From a virus: a stretch of DNA of 64,000 nucleotides. The notes beneath the pieces are model-generated. The model ran no database searches and was not told the DNA's origin. It worked only from the letters and a program-made list of their open reading frames with translations. Positions 57,530 to 64,000 of this stretch are shown here, piece after piece; within the stretch, counting starts at the first letter, position 1, and every line of letters begins with the position of its first letter. The translations under genes and the position numbers were made by a program. The stretch covers positions 17,956 to 81,955 of IMG/VR virus record IMGVR_UViG_3300035661_000038; one strand, written 5' to 3'.

Positions 57530-58162
57530 CTACTTGCGAAGCGTCGTCAACATCGTGTCGAGGGTGCGACACCGCCCTTTCCAAAGCTCGGCGAACCGCT
57601 CCAGATGCTCCGTCGTCTTGCGGAGCCGAATCGATCGCATCTCCTGGTCGCGAAACTCGTCGGCGAAGTTGCGCGCGCAGAACAGCTCCAGGTCCTCTTT
57701 GGTGATGGCCTTGTTGCGCGTGCCATCGGCCTTCTCACGCTGAAGCTCGCGATTGGCGCGCTCCATCATCGCCGCACGAATCGGCTTCATGTCGAGGTCG
57801 TACCGCTCCTGCTCGGCGCGCGCGGCGAGATAGAGCTGATGCGCCTCGCGCGCGTTGGACTCCGCGTCGTCGAGCGCCTTGCGGAGGGTGCCGTAGTCGT
57901 TGCGGTTCTCGCCGACCTTGAGCGCCGCCTCCAGCCGGTCGTACACCGGCAAAACGTCGACAGTGAAGACGCGCTCGACGAGCTTGCCAAAGTCGCCACC
58001 GAGCTTCGGCGACTTGCCGATGAACTCGTCGAACGGATCGGGCGTGGGCGGGTCCGGAATCGGAGGCGTCGCGGGGGCGTCGGGCGCCTCAACGAGCATC
58101 GGGGATGGCGCCGTCTCGGGCGTAGTAGTCACGGGCAACGTCGTTCGGGGCACTCGGGCCAT
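57530..58162 (-). CDS. UvsY-like recombination mediator
   Basis: Helical C-terminus KAITKEDLE...AELWKGRCRTL; lies between pol and SSB; AGGAG SD. Confidence 0.55.
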   Translation of the reverse strand: MARVPRTTLPVTTTPETAPSPMLVEAPDAPATPPIPDPPTPDPFDEFIGKSPKLGGDFGKLVERVFTVDVLPVYDRLEAALKVGENRNDYGTLRKALDDAESNAREAHQLYLAARAEQERYDLDMKPIRAAMMERANRELQREKADGTRNKAITKEDLELFCARNFADEFRDQEMRSIRLRKTTEHLERFAELWKGRCRTLDTMLTTLRK

Positions 58163-60914
58163 CGGAGCTCCTATCCGGCGCCGAGGTGGCGCCGGTCGCA
58201 AGATGCCGCGCGAGCTCCGCGGCGAGCTCAGGCGAGCCATCAACACGCGCCTTGAGGTCGAGCTCGACGACAGCGCCGTTCTCATGATGCAGCCGCAACA
58301 CCATCGCCCGCGCGCCCGGATGAGCGGCAAGGATCGCGCGCACCAGCGCCGGATCCGTCACCGCGAACATCTCCATCGCCAGGTCGACGTAGAACGGCAC
58401 CTCTGCCGAGCGGATCTGGCCCGCGATGACGGGCGTCTCGGGCGCGACCAAAAAGCGCCTTTTGGTCTCCCGGGCACGCGAGGAGCTCGCTGGCGCGTCG
58501 AAGAGGCTCACCTGGGCCGACGGGGCGTCCGGCACCTCGGAGGCGGCAGACGCCCCCTTCCCGGCGACCGACGCCCGGACCTTGCGCGGCTTGGGCGGGC
58601 GCGACTTGCTGAACCGCTTCCAATCACAGCCGGGGAACGCCGCCGCCAAAAGCCGCTCCGCCGGCGGGTAGACGAGGTTCTCCCATAGGTAGTGCCGGTC
58701 ACACTCCCCGGCATAGTCGTCCGCCGGGATGACGACAGCGGGCGTCGTCGACGCGTCGAGCACGACAAACCCCACACGCGTCCCCTCGCCGACCTCGACA
58801 CCGCGGCGCGCGAGCTCGCGACCGACGACGACGTGGCGCGGCTGAGCGCACTCACCGCCATCAGCCTTCTTGCGGGCCTTGTACTGACCAAGCTCACGCG
58901 AGAGGTTCTTGGTGATGATAACGTCACACGCGGGCAACTCGTCGCCGAGCACGTGGGCGCGCATCGCCTCAACCGCCGCGACGTACGCCGCGGGATCGTC
59001 CGTCGCCAGCGCGAACGGCTCCTCCCAATCGCCCACGAGCAGCTTCACAACGGTCTCCTGGAGCGCGCGCGCAAGCCGCGATGAGTCACCGCGCTTGTAC
59101 TCCAGGCCCTTGATCTCCGGCTTCGAGTCGCGCTGAGCCGCCTTGCCCTTGTAGTGGAGATAACGGCCGACGTACTTCTTGCCAGCGACGAAGACCACAC
59201 GGTCGAACGCTTTCTCGTACGCGACATAAACATCGTTCTCGCGACACCCCTGCTCCGCGACGAGCCGCGGGTAGAGCTCCGCGTTGCACCACTTCGTAAA
59301 TTCGCGAAACTCATCGACCGTGCACCCGACGACGAAGATCGAATCAGTGTCGATGTAGATGACCTTCCACCCACGCTCCTCGGCGGCGTGTTTGGTGTGC
59401 TTGATGAGCCACGCACACGTCTGCGTCACGCTCTCGGCGATCTCCTTGTCGAAGTAACGCGAGAACGGCGAGCCGATGACCCCGTAGAACGAGTTGATCG
59501 CAGCCTTGTAGGCGGCGGCGTGGCGCGCAGCATTCTCCCAATCGGGCGTCCCCGGAGGAAGACTCGACTTCTTCGCATCCCAATCGTCGCGCAACGCGAT
59601 GAGCTGCTTGAGCGCCAGCGGCAACATCCCCTCGATGTCAGTGCGGAAGGCCACCTTCGTTGTCGGCGCCTCGCACGCGAGCTCGGGCGATGAATGGTTG
59701 GCGCGGAGCGTCCTGAGCTTTGTCTCAGGGCTCATGTTCCAGGTGATGATCGCGCTCGGGTACTGGCGCCGAAAGTCAGCGACGTGGACATCACGGATCA
59801 CGCCATCCATCGTCGGCTTGAGCACATAGGCACCAGCGAACTGCTCGTTGATCTCCTGAAACTCCTTCGTCGGGAAGTGCACCCCGCGCTCGCGTCCAAG
59901 CCGAAACATGAACGCGTCAACCTGCGAGATCGGGTGGAGCCCGCGCGAGTCGAGAAACACGCCAGCAGCCTGGGCGAGAGTCCACGACAGCTCGATGTAG
60001 CCGGTCTTCGCCTCGATCTTGCGAAGCAGGTGCGTGTCCTGCGCGTTGTACTTACGGAGACGCTCGCGACGCACGCCGCCCGCCTCCCACTCCTGCCATG
60101 TCTTCGACGCATCGAAGTCGTCCTTGCCCTCGTTGATGAGAGCCATCGCGACGTCCTGAAGCTTGAGCGAGGTCTTGTCGTCGCCCGAGTCGCTCTCGCG
60201 GTGGTTGCGCTTGTAGCAAGCGAGGTGGTCGAGCCAGAGCCACCGCCGCACGTCGACGCGCGCGCGCACCTCACGTACGCGACCATGGAGGACGGGAAAG
60301 TCGAAACGATCACCGTTCCACGCGCACAAGAGCTCGAACGACTGGGCCGCGCGAAAGAACGACTCGATGAGCGCCTTCTCAGCAGCGTCAGTGTCGGCGG
60401 TGAGAAGCTCGCTCCACTCGTTGCCCGCATCGTCGACGAGCGCCCACGAGAGAATCCGCGCGCCGCCTTCGCGCGCCTTGGCAAAGGGCACCCGCGAATC
60501 AGTCTCCAAGTCGAAGTACCCGCGTCTCGGACGCGCGACGCGCGCGCCAATGTCCGTCATCCACCGGCGCACCGGGTGAACGTCACCCTCGAACGCCGGC
60601 GCTGCACCGAAAAACGGGTTCGCGATGCCCTCGTCGTTCGTCGGCTTGCACGCTTTCTCGCGCACGTAACGATCGCGCCACGAGATGCGCAACCACTCGC
60701 CCTCCGTCGCGACCGCGCGCACCGCCGCGTGGTTACGGATCGCGCGCATCCGATCCATGTCAACGTCGGCGACGCGGTGATAGCTAACCCACTCGGCGCG
60801 CACCGCGCGTGTCTCGGTCCCGCCATCAGCGGCACGGTAGAGCGCGACAATCTGATCCCCATCAAGCCACGCGTTGAGGATCTCGGGGGCGGGATGCTTG
60901 GAATCGAGCTGCAT
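58089..60914 (-). CDS. Family B DNA polymerase with 3'-5' exonuclease and C-terminal extension
   Basis: FDLET, WNGDRFD, YNAQD, DFRRQYPS, KAAINSFYG, IDTDS and KKY motifs. Confidence 0.95.
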   Translation of the reverse strand: MQLDSKHPAPEILNAWLDGDQIVALYRAADGGTETRAVRAEWVSYHRVADVDMDRMRAIRNHAAVRAVATEGEWLRISWRDRYVREKACKPTNDEGIANPFFGAAPAFEGDVHPVRRWMTDIGARVARPRRGYFDLETDSRVPFAKAREGGARILSWALVDDAGNEWSELLTADTDAAEKALIESFFRAAQSFELLCAWNGDRFDFPVLHGRVREVRARVDVRRWLWLDHLACYKRNHRESDSGDDKTSLKLQDVAMALINEGKDDFDASKTWQEWEAGGVRRERLRKYNAQDTHLLRKIEAKTGYIELSWTLAQAAGVFLDSRGLHPISQVDAFMFRLGRERGVHFPTKEFQEINEQFAGAYVLKPTMDGVIRDVHVADFRRQYPSAIITWNMSPETKLRTLRANHSSPELACEAPTTKVAFRTDIEGMLPLALKQLIALRDDWDAKKSSLPPGTPDWENAARHAAAYKAAINSFYGVIGSPFSRYFDKEIAESVTQTCAWLIKHTKHAAEERGWKVIYIDTDSIFVVGCTVDEFREFTKWCNAELYPRLVAEQGCRENDVYVAYEKAFDRVVFVAGKKYVGRYLHYKGKAAQRDSKPEIKGLEYKRGDSSRLARALQETVVKLLVGDWEEPFALATDDPAAYVAAVEAMRAHVLGDELPACDVIITKNLSRELGQYKARKKADGGECAQPRHVVVGRELARRGVEVGEGTRVGFVVLDASTTPAVVIPADDYAGECDRHYLWENLVYPPAERLLAAAFPGCDWKRFSKSRPPKPRKVRASVAGKGASAASEVPDAPSAQVSLFDAPASSSRARETKRRFLVAPETPVIAGQIRSAEVPFYVDLAMEMFAVTDPALVRAILAAHPGARAMVLRLHHENGAVVELDLKARVDGSPELAAELARHLATGATSAPDRSSDGPSAPNDVARDYYARDGAIPDAR
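58446..58467. repeat. 22-bp dispersed palindrome copy 13 (AGCGCC)
   Basis: In the polymerase C-terminal linker. Confidence 0.95.
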
Positions 60915-60950
60915 CGGCGGTGGCGATCCTAAATGCCGCCGCGTCAACGC

Positions 60951-60982
60951 AAAGGGGCGGCGCCCACGTGGACGTCGCCCCT
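60951..60982 (-). terminator. Intrinsic terminator
   Basis: AGGGGCGACGTCC/GGGCGCCGCCCCT hairpin followed by TT. Confidence 0.6.
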
Positions 60983-61004
60983 CGGAGTCGTGCGCGGTCG
61001 ATGC

Positions 61005-62309
61005 CTACTCGTCGGCGTCAGCCGCCGATTCGGCGAGGCGCTTGGCCTCACAAATCACCTGGAGCTCGCCCTGGGCGTTGTGACTGATGGTGAACTTCAT
61101 CACCACCTCGTTCTCGAACTCCATCGTGAAGAACGGCTCGTCGGTGAGCTTCTTCGCGGGCCTGGGCGCCTCGCCGCGCTTCGCCGGCTTGGCCATGATG
61201 GCGATACGCTGGCGCTTGGGGATCGTCGCGATCGAAATGACGTTGTGCTTCTTGAGCTTATCGGGCACCTCGCCGCCGGGCACCGCGAGGACCTTCTTGC
61301 GTCCGCTGTTGATGTTCTGCCCGCGCCGGGTGCCGTCGCGCGCCGCGCGCCGCACCGGGTTCTCTGCCTGCATCTTCTCGACGGCCTGCTTGATCTCCTG
61401 GTAAGTGCCGCCCGATTTGACCGCCTCGACGAGGAGCTTGGTCTGCTCAGGGGTCGGCGCCTTGAGCGCGAGCCCAAGCTTCGAGTAGCCGAACACCTCG
61501 ACCTCTTCGCGAGTGAAGTGCTTGGCGACGTCCATGATGAGGAACGCGTTCGCCACCGTGAATCCACACTCCGCGCGCACCCACCCCTCGAACCCCGCCG
61601 TCTTGTAGACGCCCGGCTTGCCGTCGGCATCGCAGCGCTGCTTGTAAAGCTGGCTGTCGTAGACTTCGAGCAGCTTGCGCCCAAGCTCCCAGTGGGCAGT
61701 CGCAACACCCGACTTGAGGCGGCGGATCTCTTCGACGGCTGCATCGAGATCGGCTTCACCGGCGCGCGCCAGCTTGATCTTCTCCTCACGCTTCGCAAGC
61801 GCGATGACGCGCTTCTCTTCGTCCTTGGCCTTCTCCTCACGCGTCGGCTCGATGACCGCTTCGATGACCGGCATCGTAGGCACGGGCGCGGGCTTGGCGG
61901 GCTTCGGCTGCTTCGCCTCCACAGCCTCCTTCTTCTTCTTCGCACGCTCCTGGATCTTCTTCGTCTTCTCGTCGACGGCGACACCCGGCTCGACAGGCAT
62001 CTTGGCGTCGTCCTCGGGCGAGGCACCGTACGTCGACGGCAAGACGCCCTCGACGAGCTTGCCGTCGTCGTCGATTGCGCAAAACGGGCAGCACACCGTA
62101 AAGCGCCCGGGGAATGGCGCCTTGCACTCGGTGCACATGTAGAAATCTTCACCATCGTCCTTCATGGCGAAATGCTTGGCGAGACGCTTGGCCGTGTCCT
62201 CGATCTCGCCCGCGGGGTCGAGCCCCTCCGCAACGAGGCACGCTGCGATGCTCCGCGCGCTCACCTTGCTCAGATCGATCGACTTGCCCGGTTCCACCGT
62301 GTTGCTCAT
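61005..62309 (-). CDS. Zinc-finger plus DUF3102-like DNA-binding protein
   Basis: CTEC...CCPFC; HWELGRKLLEV...FEGWV...FTVANAFLIM. Confidence 0.6.
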   Translation of the reverse strand: MSNTVEPGKSIDLSKVSARSIAACLVAEGLDPAGEIEDTAKRLAKHFAMKDDGEDFYMCTECKAPFPGRFTVCCPFCAIDDDGKLVEGVLPSTYGASPEDDAKMPVEPGVAVDEKTKKIQERAKKKKEAVEAKQPKPAKPAPVPTMPVIEAVIEPTREEKAKDEEKRVIALAKREEKIKLARAGEADLDAAVEEIRRLKSGVATAHWELGRKLLEVYDSQLYKQRCDADGKPGVYKTAGFEGWVRAECGFTVANAFLIMDVAKHFTREEVEVFGYSKLGLALKAPTPEQTKLLVEAVKSGGTYQEIKQAVEKMQAENPVRRAARDGTRRGQNINSGRKKVLAVPGGEVPDKLKKHNVISIATIPKRQRIAIMAKPAKRGEAPRPAKKLTDEPFFTMEFENEVVMKFTISHNAQGELQVICEAKRLAESAADADE

Positions 62310-62343
62310 TGAGATGCTCCTCTCGCCTTCTCGCTCTCAAACC

Positions 62344-63009
62344 CTATGCCGCGGCGTCATCGAGTCGCGCGACCACCGCGCGCACGACCGACGCCACGAG
62401 CTGCTCCGCACGGTGCTCACTGCCCAAGCGCAGCTCGTAGCGCGCCTCCACGTCGTCGAAGAGAATCCGCGCCGCCTCTCCGATGTCCCCGCCCGCGAGC
62501 CCGAGTGCGCGCACGCTCACGAGCTCCCGCGGCGACTCGCACACCGCCTCCAACCGCTTCACCGCCTCGCGCCGCTCGACGAACTCGTGCTGTTCGGGCG
62601 GCACGCTCGTCCGTTCCGCCATCCGCGCCTCGAACGCCCCGTCCTCGTCGCCATCGCGGACCATGCTCGTAAACGCGAGCTCGTAGCGGCTCGGCGCGCT
62701 GTCGGCGCCGCGGTGGCGGTAACTCCCGCGCGCCTTGTGCCCGCGCTTCTTCGCGTACGTGATCGCGTTCCACTCGACATACCGCGTCGCCTCGACGCCA
62801 CGCGCGGGGTCGAACTGCGCGATCTTTTGCCACGCCTCCAGCATGAGGTCCTGGCGCACGTCGTCGCGCGAAACCCACGGCGGCAACTTCCAACGCCGAT
62901 GGATGTAGGCGGCGAGTCGATCCCACCGCGCCATCCGCGCAACGCGCGAGAAGTCGACCGCTCCAACCGTCGCCGCCTCGATCTCGTTCAGCTCACGCCT
63001 CGCCATCAC
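62344..63009 (-). CDS. Phage-encoded RNA polymerase sigma factor
   Basis: Region-2-like DDVRQDLMLEAWQKIAQFDPARGVEATRY; C-terminal region-4-like GGDIGEAAR. Confidence 0.75.
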   Translation of the reverse strand: MMARRELNEIEAATVGAVDFSRVARMARWDRLAAYIHRRWKLPPWVSRDDVRQDLMLEAWQKIAQFDPARGVEATRYVEWNAITYAKKRGHKARGSYRHRGADSAPSRYELAFTSMVRDGDEDGAFEARMAERTSVPPEQHEFVERREAVKRLEAVCESPRELVSVRALGLAGGDIGEAARILFDDVEARYELRLGSEHRAEQLVASVVRAVVARLDDAAA

Positions 63010-63356
63010 AGCCCCCGCTTTCGGTTCTCTTCGCGCGCACTCTCTTCGAGCACGTCACGGAGGCACGTCGCGGCCTGCTCTGCCATCTCGTCACCCGCGC
63101 GTTCGATCTCCAACGCAATCGCATCGACGATCTGGACCGCGGAGTCCTCGGGGTCGATCGCGCCGACGACGTTTGACCAGTCGAACTCACGCGCGAAACG
63201 CCTAAGCTCGGCGCACTCCGACAGCGCGCCCGTCCACCGCGCTGTCGACCACGGATGGTGGTCGCTCCTCGCCATGGTCATCGCGCCACACTCCACCCGG
63301 TGATGCGCCCGCCGCGCGGGACGTCCGGTCGCAGTGGCGTACTCGGTGATGGACAT
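63006..63356 (-). CDS. Hypothetical protein
   Basis: GAGGAG SD; downstream of a promoter. Confidence 0.5.
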   Translation of the reverse strand: MSITEYATATGRPARRAHHRVECGAMTMARSDHHPWSTARWTGALSECAELRRFAREFDWSNVVGAIDPEDSAVQIVDAIALEIERAGDEMAEQAATCLRDVLEESAREENRKRGL

Positions 63357-63399
63357 CGGCAAATCTCCTCACCCCCTCGGGGGCCTGATTCGGGTCGTG

Positions 63400-63429
63400 A
63401 CTCTACGCCCCCCTCAGGGGAGCTTGCAA
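63400..63429 (-). promoter_or_regulatory. Sigma70-type promoter for the sigma/replication operon
   Basis: TTGCAA-N18-TAGAGT; same AAGTTTGCA context as the 44.7 kb promoter. Confidence 0.6.
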
Positions 63430-63436
63430 ACTTTCT

Positions 63437-63547
63437 TGGCGCACCGGGCGGGGAGTCGAACCCCGCCAATCCCCGCCTGTCGGGGGCAGCGCGAAAGACA
63501 CTACCCGTTCGGGTAGCGCCCCTGATCACGGTCACGACGACTCGGTG
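63437..63547 (-). ncRNA. tRNA-like RNA ending in CCA
   Basis: T-arm CGGGG-TTCGACT-CCCCG; 3' CCCGGTGCGCCA can pair with 5' CACCGAG; internal 13-bp hairpin. Confidence 0.5.
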
Positions 63548-63935
63548 GCAAAAGCACGCTCATCTCGCGATTCACCTCGCGAATCGTCGCGCCAATGGTC
63601 GTGTCGACGCCGTTTCGGTTCGAGTAGAGCGTGACCACAAGCGGCGGCTCACCAAACGTGTCACGGCGCTCGACCTTGTAGAGCGCCAAGTCACCGCGCT
63701 CGAAAGCAACGCCTGCCTTCGTCTTGACGCGCACCAAGACGCGACAGAGCCCCCAGCCGTCCCAATGGTCCTTGTATTGCGGGTACTTGCTGTGCGTCGC
63801 GATCGCGTCGCCGGTCAGAACCGCATGCGCCACCGCGAGCGCCGCGAGGTCGTAATTCTTCGCGCCGTTGACCCGCGCGAGCATCGCCTCGCGCAGATAC
63901 GCACCGTTCGTCGTCTTGATCGCGTAGGTCGTCAT
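63501..63935 (-). CDS. Early hypothetical protein
   Basis: AAGGAG SD; 144 aa; 5' end lies within the direct repeat. Confidence 0.6.
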   Translation of the reverse strand: MTTYAIKTTNGAYLREAMLARVNGAKNYDLAALAVAHAVLTGDAIATHSKYPQYKDHWDGWGLCRVLVRVKTKAGVAFERGDLALYKVERRDTFGEPPLVVTLYSNRNGVDTTIGATIREVNREMSVLLPPSRRDRDQGRYPNG

Positions 63936-64000
63936 CGTCGTCTCTCCTTGCCCCCTCGGGGGCCGTCGTCAGCGTCCGTCGCTGACAAGAGAGAGTCTCC
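63881..64000. repeat. 120-bp direct repeat, copy B (may extend past the window)
   Basis: Matches 44565-44684. Confidence 0.95.

Larger units (their letters stand above)
1..64000 (-). mobile_element. Tailed dsDNA phage genome segment (contractile-tailed, myovirus-like)
   Basis: Terminase, portal, capsid, sheath, tube, tape measure, PolB and recombination genes are densely packed and co-oriented; no host housekeeping genes. Confidence 0.97.

Noticed and set aside
3293-58467. The 22-bp repeats as a CRISPR array or as intrinsic terminators
   Set aside because: Copies are kilobases apart and no cas genes are present. The T-run lies inside the stem rather than after it, and some copies are inside coding sequence.
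3293-58467. Recurrent peptides DDQKAPFGR / TKRRFLV in the ORF track
   Set aside because: These are translations of the DNA palindrome in different frames, not a protein motif.
7876-62312. Many long Arg/Pro-rich plus-strand and alternate-frame ORFs (e.g. 7876-10200, 42411-44315, 54470-55993)
   Set aside because: Shadow ORFs expected at high GC; they overlap motif-bearing minus-strand genes.
1-64000. Genome-wide TAG recoding
   Set aside because: TAG ends many genes at tight junctions (80, 11182, 11722, 34700), and core genes are intact under the standard code.
63881-64000. Terminal repeat of the phage genome
   Set aside because: Its partner copy is internal (44565), and the window starts mid-gene.
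1-64000. Host assignment and temperate lifestyle
   Set aside because: High GC and leaderless genes do not identify a host; no integrase, repressor or ParA is recognisable in the window.

Overview
The whole window is a segment of a high-GC tailed dsDNA bacteriophage with a contractile tail (myovirus-like). Almost all genes are on the minus strand. In transcription order (right to left) it holds: small early genes and a phage sigma factor; a replication/recombination block (family-B DNA polymerase, UvsY-like, SSB, RecA, Mre11/Rad50, RuvC-like, UvrD helicase, DUF932); two DNA methyltransferases (one split at a (GA)8 tract) and two ParB-domain proteins; terminase; tail-appendage and lysis genes; portal, minor head, scaffold and major capsid; then neck, sheath, tube, frameshifted tail chaperone, tape measure and baseplate genes. 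The genome continues past both ends, and no integrase, primase or DnaB is visible. Signals the gene list does not explain: (1) 13 copies of a 22-bp palindrome GACCAAAA-N6-TTTTGGTC every 2-9 kb, placed at stop codons, UTRs and protein linkers; (2) at least 13 genes with a TANNNT -10 box 6-8 nt before the start codon (leaderless), often reusing the upstream TAG stop; (3) a PolB with a QVSLF beta-clamp motif, a DnaE-like C-terminal module and a deviant motif A; (4) a shared N-terminal M[PA]R[IV]P tag on several unrelated proteins; (5) two tRNA-like RNAs and a duplicated 120-bp early expression cassette. All product calls come from recognising motifs by eye; no database searches were run.
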